From: a bacterium
GTDB taxonomy: Bacteria > Patescibacteriota > Minisyncoccia > UBA6257 > JAGOQP01
Reading direction: 5' to 3'
DNA length: 64,000 bases
Assembly: GCA_021814695.1 (NCBI GenBank)
Contig: JAKAHY010000004.1
Coordinates: 24,481-88,480 of the forward strand
Under the pieces are notes generated by a model. It was not told where the DNA came from, did not search any database, and saw nothing but the letters and a program-made list of their open reading frames with translations. Shown piece by piece: positions 9,297-18,296 of the stretch; position 1 is the stretch's first letter, and each line of letters begins with the position of its first letter. The position numbers were made by a program, and so were the translations under genes.

Positions 9297-9728
9297 ATGC
9301 AGGAGCGTTCAAATAAAATAGCGACCGTTGTTATGTGCATCGACTACAGATTCTGGCCGCACGTTTTGCCGATGCTTGAAAAACAATACGGAGACTTCGA
9401 TTTGATTGAAGTTGCCGGAGCGGCAAAGGGTTTGGCGTCGCCAAAAAATTCTTCCGAAAGAATAGTTTTACTCTCCAATATTAAGACATCAATATCTCTT
9501 CATCATACGGAAACAATCGTTCTTGCCAATCATCAGGACTGTGGGGCTTACGGCGGGAGTAAAAGTTTTGTTTCTCTGGGCGAAGAAATGAGATTCCATC
9601 AACGGGAACTTGGAAAGGCCAGGGATTATATAAGAAAACATTTCCCGGGGCATAAAGTTGAAACAATTTTCATATCACGGGATAATAAGGGGGTAATTTC
9701 TCTGATACCGATATCAAGTTATGAATAA
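9297..9728 (+). CDS. Short beta-carbonic-anhydrase-like protein
   Basis: 143 aa containing CIDYR and HQDCGAYG, which resemble the beta-CA zinc-ligand motifs CxDxR and HxxCG. It is shorter than canonical beta-CAs. A TGGTATAAT extended -10 lies 6 nt upstream, so the mRNA is likely leaderless. Confidence 0.45.
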   Translation: MQERSNKIATVVMCIDYRFWPHVLPMLEKQYGDFDLIEVAGAAKGLASPKNSSERIVLLSNIKTSISLHHTETIVLANHQDCGAYGGSKSFVSLGEEMRFHQRELGKARDYIRKHFPGHKVETIFISRDNKGVISLIPISSYE

Positions 9729-10761
9729 AATTTTTTTAATAATGTTGCTGTTTGTTCCGATAGCCATCATCGGAAATTATGCGGGGCTATCGCCGATACT
9801 AACTTTCTTTCTTTCTGCGCTGGCGGTTATTCCTCTGGCTAAATATATAGGAGAAGCGACTGACGAATTGGCCATCCGAACGGGGCCGGCTTTGGGCGGA
9901 CTTTTGAATGCGACTTTCGGAAATGCCACCGAATTGATTATCGGCCTGATTGCTATCCGATCGGGATTGCTTGAAGTTGTTAAGGCTTCAATTACTGGTT
10001 CAATTATCGGCAACCTACTTTTGGTTTTGGGAACGGCGATGATCGCCGGCGGTTCCCGAAACAAAATCCAAAGTTTCAACAAGACCGCCGCTCTTGCCAG
10101 CGCCTCAACGCTTTTGTTGGCGGTAATAGCTCTGGTTATTCCGGCAATTTTTGTTCAGACCGGAGCAACTAATGCCCATCTTATAGAAGAGTTGAGCGTT
10201 TTTGTTTCGATTTTTCTTGTTATCGCATATATGGCGGGATTGTTGTTTTCTCTCCGAACCCATAAACATCTGTACGTGGAAGAAGTGGGAGAGTATGAAG
10301 CCCGGTGGAGCAAAACCAGGAGCCTTACGGTTCTGATTGTCGCAACCGCGTTTGTCGGATGGGTCAGTGAGATATTGGTGGGATCTATTGAGCCTTTGGT
10401 AGAAGTTCTCGGATGGACTCAGTTATTTATCGGTGTAATTTTTGTCGCCATCATCGGCAATGCGGCCGAACATACCTCGGCGATTGTTATGGCTCTTAAA
10501 AACAAGATGGATTTGGCGCTTCAGATATCAATCGGCTCGGCAACTCAAATTGCAATGTTTGTCGCCCCTATTTTAGTATTTTCCAGTTTATTTTTGGGAA
10601 AACCTATGAGTTTGATATTTAATACTTTTGAGCTGGTGGCGATAGTGCTTTCTGTATTTATAACCAATCTTATAGTTGAGGACGGAGAAAGTAACTGGCT
10701 TGAAGGGCTCCAACTTCTTATGGCTTACGCGATAATGGCGGTAGCATTCTTTTTCCACTAA
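9721..10761 (+). CDS. Ca2+/H+ antiporter (CaCA family, ChaA/Cax-like)
   Basis: 346 aa with the two alpha-repeat signatures GNATELIIG and GNAAEHTSAIV, and about 11 TM segments. Confidence 0.8.
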   Translation: MNKIFLIMLLFVPIAIIGNYAGLSPILTFFLSALAVIPLAKYIGEATDELAIRTGPALGGLLNATFGNATELIIGLIAIRSGLLEVVKASITGSIIGNLLLVLGTAMIAGGSRNKIQSFNKTAALASASTLLLAVIALVIPAIFVQTGATNAHLIEELSVFVSIFLVIAYMAGLLFSLRTHKHLYVEEVGEYEARWSKTRSLTVLIVATAFVGWVSEILVGSIEPLVEVLGWTQLFIGVIFVAIIGNAAEHTSAIVMALKNKMDLALQISIGSATQIAMFVAPILVFSSLFLGKPMSLIFNTFELVAIVLSVFITNLIVEDGESNWLEGLQLLMAYAIMAVAFFFH

Positions 10762-10782
10762 TATCTTTGCAGAAATTACCTA

Positions 10783-12042
10783 ATGAATTTTTTTGAAAGG
10801 ATAAAAAAAATCGGCAAAAAAGCCGGGCCGGGAGTTATTACCGGCGCTTCAGATGACGATCCGTCGGGAATTTTAACCTATCTCCAGTCGGGTTTTGTTT
10901 ATGGATTCCGCACTCTGTGGCTGACTATTTTTTGCCTCCCTTTAATGTATGTAGTGCAGGAGATGGCGGCAAGAATCGGTTATGTTACCGATAAGGGGCT
11001 GATGAAAGTCATAAAAGAACATTATCCGCGTTGGATACTTTATATTATTGGATTGATTTCGGTTGCGGTAATAACCGTAAATATCGGAGCCGACCTTCTG
11101 GCTATCGGCGTTGTGTCCGAAAGATTGACTTCAATTTCTAGATTTTTTTGGTTGCCGACCGCCGGAGTCCTGATTCTTTTTTTCACGGTTTTTCTATCTT
11201 ATCCCAAATTTGCCAATGTTATGAAGTGGCTGATTATTTCTCTGTTTTTTTATATTATTGCCGCATTTTATATGGGAATAAATTGGAAGCATGCGCTCTC
11301 GGCAACATTAATACCCTCGTTCTCTTTCAGTAAGGACTTCCTGATACTTTTTGCGGCTTTTCTGGGGACGACAATTTCGCCGTATCTTTTTTTCTGGCAA
11401 GCGGACGAAGAAGTTGAAGATCGCGATGAGGAAAAAAAGGAAAGGCACCTTAAAAGATTTTTGGTAACCAAAAACGAGTTAAAAAGCCTCAGAAAAGACA
11501 CTTTTCTTGGTATGTTTTTTTCTCAGATAGTGACTTGGTTTATCGTAGCGTCCGCCGGCCAGGCAGCGATACTCTACGGCGCCAAAGAAATCGCCAATTT
11601 CGACCAGGCGGCGCTCGTTTTGCAGCCGCTTTTGGGAAGCCTTGCGTTTGTTGTTTTTAGTCTTGGAATTATCGGAACGGGATTGATAGCAATTCCGGTT
11701 CTTGCCGGAAGCATCGGGTATGCATTATCGGAAATATTTGACTGGAAAGAAGGAATAGACAAAACGTTCCGGGAAGCTAAGGGTTTTTATATGATCATTA
11801 TCACCTCTATTTTTATCGGGGCGGCGATGAATTTTTTGAATCTTGATCCCATAAGACTGCTTATTTATACGGCGGTTCTCTACACGGTTATTACTCCGCC
11901 AATTATATTTTTGTTGATTCGCATATCGAACAATAAAAAAATAATGGGGCAGCGAACAAATTCGTGGGTTTCTAATGTTTTCGGATGGCTGACCCTATTG
12001 GTGACTTTAGCGGCTGCAATATTTGCCGTGATGGTCATCTAA
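10783..12042 (+). CDS. Nramp-like divalent metal cation transporter
   Basis: 419 aa polytopic protein. The N-terminal GPGVITGASDDDPSGILTY resembles the Nramp signature GPGxL..a..DPGN, and the QEMAARIG motif is present. Confidence 0.6.
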   Translation: MNFFERIKKIGKKAGPGVITGASDDDPSGILTYLQSGFVYGFRTLWLTIFCLPLMYVVQEMAARIGYVTDKGLMKVIKEHYPRWILYIIGLISVAVITVNIGADLLAIGVVSERLTSISRFFWLPTAGVLILFFTVFLSYPKFANVMKWLIISLFFYIIAAFYMGINWKHALSATLIPSFSFSKDFLILFAAFLGTTISPYLFFWQADEEVEDRDEEKKERHLKRFLVTKNELKSLRKDTFLGMFFSQIVTWFIVASAGQAAILYGAKEIANFDQAALVLQPLLGSLAFVVFSLGIIGTGLIAIPVLAGSIGYALSEIFDWKEGIDKTFREAKGFYMIIITSIFIGAAMNFLNLDPIRLLIYTAVLYTVITPPIIFLLIRISNNKKIMGQRTNSWVSNVFGWLTLLVTLAAAIFAVMVI

Positions 12043-12099
12043 GCGACTCAACTCGTCTTTGCTTTTTGGCCGCTAAAAATATATAGTGGCAGGAGTTTT

Positions 12100-13884
12100 A
12101 TGCCAGACGATTTAAACCCAAAACAAAAAGAGGCCGTAGAATACGGACAAGGGCCGCTATTAATAGTTGCCGGAGCCGGTTCGGGAAAAACAAAAACGCT
12201 GACATCCCGTCTGGCGTATTTGATTGCCAAAAAAAATATTGACCCGAAAAAAATATTGGCCATAACTTTTACCAACAAGGCTGCCGATGAGATGAAAGAA
12301 CGGGTTAGAAAAACGCTCGAATCCCAGAAAATCAAAATATCCCACGATCCCTTTGTCGGAACGTTCCATTCTTTTGGAGCCGGTATTTTGAGGAAAGAAA
12401 GCAGAGCCTTCGGGCGTTCGGTTTCCTATTCTATTTTTGACAACGACGATTCGTTGAGTTTAATCAAAAAAATATTAAAAAATTTTAATATTGGTACCGG
12501 CACTCATGCGCCGGCAGCGCTGATGAAAGAATTTTCAAGAATCAAAGACGAACTGCTTAATGCCGAAAACTTTATGGACAGCAAGAAGTCGGAGTCTGTC
12601 TGGTATCTTTTCGGAGAATATGAAAAATCTCTTGAAAAAAATAATGCATTCGATTTTGACGATCTTATAGAAAAACCGGTCCGATTATTTCAAAAAAATC
12701 CGGACATTCTTTTGCGATATCAAAAACAATACGAATATATTTTGGTAGATGAATACCAGGATATAAATACCGCCCAATATTGGCTCATAAAATTACTGGC
12801 CGGATCGCATCGCAATCTGAACGTTGTCGGAGACGATCAACAGGCGATTTACGGATTTCGCCACGCCGACTTCCGTAATTTTTTGAATTTCGAAAAAGAC
12901 TGGCCCAAAACCAAAGTCGTATTTTTGGAACAGAATTACCGTTCTACTAAAAACATCATTGAATCGTCATCGGAGGTTATCTCCCATAATCTGATGCAAA
13001 AACCAAAAACTCTCTGGACCGGAAACGATGAAGGGGCATTGGTGCGAGTAACGGAACACAATGATGAATTTTCCGAAGCCGATTTTATAGTCCAGACGGC
13101 GCTTTTGCATATCCGCCAAGGGCAAAACGTCGGTATTTTATACCGGACCAACGCCCAGTCCCGGCCACTGGAGCAGTTGTTTTTGGAATATGGAATACCT
13201 TATAACTTGTTTGGCGCGCTGACTTTCTACGAGCGCAAAGAAATCAAAGATGTTGTGGCCGCATTGCGATATGCCAGCAATCCCAAAGATTCGGTAAGTT
13301 TGGAAAGGCTCGAAAAAAACTTCAATAAAAAGCCGTATCTGGCACTAAAAGAAAATCTACCCGCCAAAGCTCAGGGTCAGCCTTCAAAAATAATTGATTA
13401 TTTTATCAAAGAAACCGGATATGTTGAGTTGCTGAAAAAAAACTACCCCAACTATCTGGAGCGCATGGAAAACATCCAGGAGTTGTTGTCTTTCTCGGTG
13501 CAATTTAATGATTTGGCGTCTTTTTTGGAAAAGATTTCTCTGGCATCGCCTCTGGATTTAACAAAGCCAAAACGTGACAAAAAAAATATGTCGGGAGCAA
13601 ATTTAATGACGATTCATATAGCCAAAGGGCTTGAATTTGATGCCGTGTTTCTTGCCGGAGCCAACGACGGAATATTGCCTCACCAGAGGTCTTTTTCGTC
13701 CGGAGATGATATTGAGGAAGAGCGGCGGCTGATGTATGTAGCTATGACCCGGGCAAAAAAAGATTTATACCTTAATTTTTTCGGAGCACCGTCAAGATTT
13801 CTTAGTGAGATTCCGTCAGGGAAAATAGAATTTACCGGAGAACGTTCATTGGATGACGAGGATAGGTATATAGAATACAATTAG
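12100..13884 (+). CDS. UvrD/PcrA/Rep-family ATP-dependent DNA helicase (short form)
   Basis: 594 aa with the helicase motifs GAGSGKT (Walker A), ITFTNKAADEM, LVDEYQD, VVGDDQQAIYGFR, NYRST and a C-terminal MTIHIAKGLEFD...YVAMTRAK. Confidence 0.85.
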   Translation: MPDDLNPKQKEAVEYGQGPLLIVAGAGSGKTKTLTSRLAYLIAKKNIDPKKILAITFTNKAADEMKERVRKTLESQKIKISHDPFVGTFHSFGAGILRKESRAFGRSVSYSIFDNDDSLSLIKKILKNFNIGTGTHAPAALMKEFSRIKDELLNAENFMDSKKSESVWYLFGEYEKSLEKNNAFDFDDLIEKPVRLFQKNPDILLRYQKQYEYILVDEYQDINTAQYWLIKLLAGSHRNLNVVGDDQQAIYGFRHADFRNFLNFEKDWPKTKVVFLEQNYRSTKNIIESSSEVISHNLMQKPKTLWTGNDEGALVRVTEHNDEFSEADFIVQTALLHIRQGQNVGILYRTNAQSRPLEQLFLEYGIPYNLFGALTFYERKEIKDVVAALRYASNPKDSVSLERLEKNFNKKPYLALKENLPAKAQGQPSKIIDYFIKETGYVELLKKNYPNYLERMENIQELLSFSVQFNDLASFLEKISLASPLDLTKPKRDKKNMSGANLMTIHIAKGLEFDAVFLAGANDGILPHQRSFSSGDDIEEERRLMYVAMTRAKKDLYLNFFGAPSRFLSEIPSGKIEFTGERSLDDEDRYIEYN

Positions 13885-13887
13885 ATT

Positions 13888-14652
13888 ATGCCAAGACGAT
13901 TAGGCCAGCATTTTTTGAGGAATGAGAATGTTTTGGAGAGCATAGCTGAGGCTCTCAAAATAAAAAACGGCGATTCAGTTATCGAAATTGGTCCGGGTCA
14001 CGGAGAGTTGACCAGATTTTTAATAGGCAGAGGAGCGATGGTTTTTGCAATTGAGAAAGATAAAGATCTTGTAACAAAAATAAGATCATCGGATATAGGG
14101 CAAAAAATTAAATTGATAGATGGGGATGCTTTACGATCAATTCCCAAAATAACCGAGACTCCCCCTTTATCTGTTGTTGATTATAAAATTGTGGGAAATA
14201 TTCCTTACTATATAACGGGCCATTTGATGAGAATCATCGGAGAATTGAAACATAAACCATCTGAAACAGTCCTGCTTATTCAAAAAGAGGTTGCTCAAAG
14301 AATTTGTTCTCAAGCACCCAATTCAAGCCTCCTTTCCCTAAGCGTCGGTTTTTGGTCAAATCCAAAAATTATTTCGAACGTTCCAAGAGAGGATTTTTTG
14401 CCACCACCCAAAGTTGATTCAGCGGTGATAAAAATGGACACCAAAAAAGAAATTTTGGAAATATGCAGTGAAAAATACTATGAATTTATAAAAAAAGCCT
14501 TCAAACAACCCAGAAAGACGCTCCTTAATAATCTAATATCAAGCGGGTTAAGCAGAGAAGATTCTTTAAATATAATCAAATCACTCGGATTAGGGGTCAA
14601 TTCCCGTCCTCAGGAGTTGGAATGCTCAAAAATAACAGCTATTTTGTGTTGA
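13888..14652 (+). CDS. rsmA: 16S rRNA (adenine1518/1519-N6)-dimethyltransferase
   Basis: 254 aa. GQHFL at the N-terminus and the SAM-binding VIEIGPGHGELT identify the KsgA/RsmA family. Confidence 0.85.
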   Translation: MPRRLGQHFLRNENVLESIAEALKIKNGDSVIEIGPGHGELTRFLIGRGAMVFAIEKDKDLVTKIRSSDIGQKIKLIDGDALRSIPKITETPPLSVVDYKIVGNIPYYITGHLMRIIGELKHKPSETVLLIQKEVAQRICSQAPNSSLLSLSVGFWSNPKIISNVPREDFLPPPKVDSAVIKMDTKKEILEICSEKYYEFIKKAFKQPRKTLLNNLISSGLSREDSLNIIKSLGLGVNSRPQELECSKITAILC

Positions 14653-14656
14653 AGGG

Positions 14657-15505
14657 TTGCGTAAGGTGTTGTATAATTTATTAATGAAAAGGCAGACTCT
14701 TGTTCTGACAATTTTTGGTGCCATTATATTGATTTTCTTTGGATACTGGATGTTTGACTCGGTTGTTTCTCAGAAAAACAACAACTCGGAAACGAAATCA
14801 TCTGTAACCGCCGGCACAAAATCATCGGCTATCACTTTAAACGACCTTCTCGATAAATATAATTTTAAAATTAATAACTCCAACACAACAAGCTCAAATA
14901 ATCTGGGTATAAATTCACCTGCGCAAAATAATTATACGGACACAATTAATAAGGATTTAAGCGGCCAATTTATTTCAGCAATACAATCAGGAATGGATGC
15001 TTCCAGCAGTGCCAATGCTATAGATTTTAATCCAACAACTCTTACTCAAATATCCCAGCAATCAATTCTGGCACTTAATAATGTTCCAAAAAATAGCGAG
15101 CTTAACATAATAAACGACAATTCTCTGGAAGCCTCCAGAAAATATTTTATTACCGCTCTCCCGCTTCTAATTAGCAGCTTCAGTTCTCTGCCGACAGGAT
15201 TCAACGATAAAGCAATTTCAAATATTTTTGAAAAAGGGGATTCATCACTTGCTCAGTTGGTATTGAAAACGAACGATAAATTAATTTCCGATTTGGAAAA
15301 AACTCCGGTTCCGGAAAAATATGTAGATCTGCACAAAAAAATTATCACTCAACTCAGAGGGATCTCTTTCGCATATGATGCATTGATAAATTATCAAACC
15401 GACCCATTTAAGCTGTTGTCTCTGGAAACATATCTTGGCGATATGGATAGTCGAGTCAATAGTTTGATGCAGGTCGTAATAGCAGAAAGATCGAAGGTAT
15501 TTTAG
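14657..15505 (+). CDS. Hypothetical N-terminally anchored, N/S/T-rich secreted protein
   Basis: 282 aa with an N-terminal TM/signal anchor and a low-complexity polar region. It is translationally coupled, with 4-10 nt gaps on both sides. Confidence 0.45.
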   Translation: MRKVLYNLLMKRQTLVLTIFGAIILIFFGYWMFDSVVSQKNNNSETKSSVTAGTKSSAITLNDLLDKYNFKINNSNTTSSNNLGINSPAQNNYTDTINKDLSGQFISAIQSGMDASSSANAIDFNPTTLTQISQQSILALNNVPKNSELNIINDNSLEASRKYFITALPLLISSFSSLPTGFNDKAISNIFEKGDSSLAQLVLKTNDKLISDLEKTPVPEKYVDLHKKIITQLRGISFAYDALINYQTDPFKLLSLETYLGDMDSRVNSLMQVVIAERSKVF

Positions 15506-15515
15506 GAAATATAAT

Positions 15516-16778
15516 ATGTCTAACCGAAAACCATTATTTTTTTTCACGCTGATTTTGTTTTCGGCATTATTTTTAGAGACTTCAATGGGCCAAGTCTTGC
15601 CGCTTAGTGGGGCCGATCTGAATTCTCTGACAAGTGGTCCGGATCTTAGTATTGGCCAAAAAAGTGGCTTAGTGTCTACTCTTCAAACTTTTCTTTCTCG
15701 GCAGGGAAAGGTTATCTATCCTGAGCAAATCGTGTCCGGTTATTTTGGTATTCTCACAAGATCAGCACTGTCTCGTTTTCAAAAAGAAAACGGGATTGCT
15801 CCGGCTCTGGGGTATTTTGGTCCGATAACAAAAAAATATCTCGCTTCTCATATAAGCTTATATTTATTAAACACCACAAACCAATCATCTTCTTCAAGCT
15901 CTCTTAATCAGTCATCGACCTCAAGCATTACTCCTCAGCCAGTTTTACAAATTACATCTTCAACGACCGTTCCCTCAATAGATTCCGGAATTAATGTTTT
16001 GGTTTCGGATAATGGAATAAACTCCAATGTTGATTATGCCAATATGCTGATCGATATTTCTAAAAATATTAAACTAACGGACGAAGATTTAAATAACACA
16101 AAAAAAATTAATTCAATTCCCTTGGCGTTGCCGGGATTGATGGATTGGGCGATATCAAAAAAACAGATTACAGACCAGGATCTAAAAAACACAGCAATCT
16201 TTTGGGAAAAGATAACCAACCAAACCCAATTAGCATTGGAACAAAAGACCGTTTCTCCGGCAATGGAATCTTATCACAAGACGATGATAGGTTGGTTTAA
16301 ATATAACTATCAAGTCGCGACAAAGATGGAATCCCTAAAAATATCCGATCCGTCACTCCAGTCTTTATTGGATCAATACAAATTAACGTATCAAAAATAT
16401 GGGCCTGCTTTGAATAAAAAACTCCAACTTTCCGATATGGAAAAAATTCAGGTTGGGATAGGCTGGAGATCATTTTTATCTGATTTGGGCATATTTAAAG
16501 TTGCTCAAGCGGCGGGTGGTATACCATTTGGAGGAATAATAACCATATCGGACATATGTTTGACGGGAGAATTATTAGTCGTATCTGCTCCGGCTCCAGG
16601 AGCCTTCTTCCTTTATTGGCCAATATATTTTACGAATCCATTTCTATATAACGCGGTTATAACCGGAAATTGGATATTGGGCGAAGCTCTGCCCGGTCCG
16701 GGAATTTGCAGTAAAACATTAATCAATTATACGGAAGGGGAAGGGGTCATCCTCTACTTTGGCACTGGATTACAGTAG
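15516..16778 (+). CDS. Secreted protein with a putative peptidoglycan-binding domain
   Basis: 420 aa with a signal peptide. Residues ~50-110 (LVSTLQTFLSRQGKVIYPEQIVSGYFGILTRSALSRFQKENGIAPALGYFGPITKKYL) fit the PG_binding_1 pattern. A Ser-rich linker and a C-terminal domain of unknown function follow. Confidence 0.5.
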   Translation: MSNRKPLFFFTLILFSALFLETSMGQVLPLSGADLNSLTSGPDLSIGQKSGLVSTLQTFLSRQGKVIYPEQIVSGYFGILTRSALSRFQKENGIAPALGYFGPITKKYLASHISLYLLNTTNQSSSSSSLNQSSTSSITPQPVLQITSSTTVPSIDSGINVLVSDNGINSNVDYANMLIDISKNIKLTDEDLNNTKKINSIPLALPGLMDWAISKKQITDQDLKNTAIFWEKITNQTQLALEQKTVSPAMESYHKTMIGWFKYNYQVATKMESLKISDPSLQSLLDQYKLTYQKYGPALNKKLQLSDMEKIQVGIGWRSFLSDLGIFKVAQAAGGIPFGGIITISDICLTGELLVVSAPAPGAFFLYWPIYFTNPFLYNAVITGNWILGEALPGPGICSKTLINYTEGEGVILYFGTGLQ

Positions 16779-16801
16779 CTTTAAAGCGGTATAATTTAAA
16801 C

Positions 16802-18295
16802 ATGACAGGTTTAATAAGAAAACTGGCGACGAAGGCATTGATATTTTTCGTAATCTTAGGATTAGTCACCATATCTCTTCCGGGATTGGTTTATCCAAAA
16901 CAAATTAATGCTCAAGGCGTTCCGGTCAACGATCTTCCGGCAGAGGGTAATTTAGGCACTCAAACAAGTTTGGGTTTTTGGCAGAAGGTGCAAAAATATT
17001 GGGAATTATACGTTCGTCCTGCCCTGAGGGATATGGCAGCAAAAAGATTAACGGACTATATTACTCAACAAACATTGGATTGGATAAACAACGGAACACA
17101 GCCGACATTTGTCGGAAATTGGAGCCAGCTCACCAAAGATGCTGGTAACATAGCCTTTGATAGTGTCAATAATTATTTAAAAACTGATGGTGTTGATTTG
17201 TGTTCTCCATTCGTTCCTCAAATACAAATAATGTTGCAAGGAACATTTATGCAGTCTCAGCCCATTAGTTGTAGTATAGATAATTTTTTGACAAACATAT
17301 CCAATTCTACCGACATGCTCAAACGAGGCGACTGGCTGACTTATTCTCAGGCTATTATGCCGGAAAATAACCCGATGGGATTATATCTAATTTCCGAAAA
17401 TAGAATTTATAGCGAATATTTGAGCCAACAAACAGCGCGCGTGAATGAAGCTGTTGCATCCAGCGGATTTTTGGGGACGAAAACTTGCACTAGCTATGGT
17501 AGTTACGGGTCGGTTGATGAGATACAAACAATGTGTAAAGACTCTGGTCACAAAAACGATCCTATTTGTAGTAGTAACCCATCAGTTAATACAGCTTGTC
17601 AACAGTGGGAGGTTCAGACCCCCGGAGATGTTGCCGGAAAAGCGGTTGCTAATGCGATTACCTCCGATACATTGTGGAGCGCCAATATACAGAATTTTAC
17701 CTCAGCTGTTATAAATGCTTTGGTATCAAAAGTTTTCCAAAAGGGGCTTGCGTCTCTTCAGTCGTCAAGCATAAATACGGATAGTGACCTTGCTCAAGGA
17801 GCCGATCCAAATGTGATTGCTAATTTTAACAGTGTGTCACGGGATTGGCTGAATACTTACGACGACACCATTTATTATCTGAATTCGACGGACTATCCGA
17901 CACTTCAAACATGGCTAGATGTTCAGTCTTTGGCTCAGCAAGGAATTTCGTCTTGTTCTTCAACGACCGAATGGCAACAGGAATATAATAACGTAACCAC
18001 TATTGTCAATGTGCTGCAAAATATGACTAATGCAGCAAATGAGGGAATAACAAATATAAACCAAGTCGATCCGGCAGCTCTCTCATCCGCCGAATTATCT
18101 CAGCAGATTACTCTATTAAGTTCCGACTTTTCTAATTTTTCCAGCACTTACGGGATTCTTCTTGACGAGATAAGTAGTGCCAAATCAAGTGGAAGTATGA
18201 CGCGAACGCAAACTGTTGGTCTTCAGGAAAAGAATTCCTTAACTACCGATTTGAGTCCCGCACCGGCTTGTATTTCTCCACTAACTTCACAATAA
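16802..18295 (+). CDS. Hypothetical Cys-containing secreted protein
   Basis: 497 aa with an N-terminal signal/TM segment and multiple Cys in the mature part. No recognisable catalytic motif. Confidence 0.45.
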   Translation: MTGLIRKLATKALIFFVILGLVTISLPGLVYPKQINAQGVPVNDLPAEGNLGTQTSLGFWQKVQKYWELYVRPALRDMAAKRLTDYITQQTLDWINNGTQPTFVGNWSQLTKDAGNIAFDSVNNYLKTDGVDLCSPFVPQIQIMLQGTFMQSQPISCSIDNFLTNISNSTDMLKRGDWLTYSQAIMPENNPMGLYLISENRIYSEYLSQQTARVNEAVASSGFLGTKTCTSYGSYGSVDEIQTMCKDSGHKNDPICSSNPSVNTACQQWEVQTPGDVAGKAVANAITSDTLWSANIQNFTSAVINALVSKVFQKGLASLQSSSINTDSDLAQGADPNVIANFNSVSRDWLNTYDDTIYYLNSTDYPTLQTWLDVQSLAQQGISSCSSTTEWQQEYNNVTTIVNVLQNMTNAANEGITNINQVDPAALSSAELSQQITLLSSDFSNFSSTYGILLDEISSAKSSGSMTRTQTVGLQEKNSLTTDLSPAPACISPLTSQ

Positions 18296-18296
18296 G

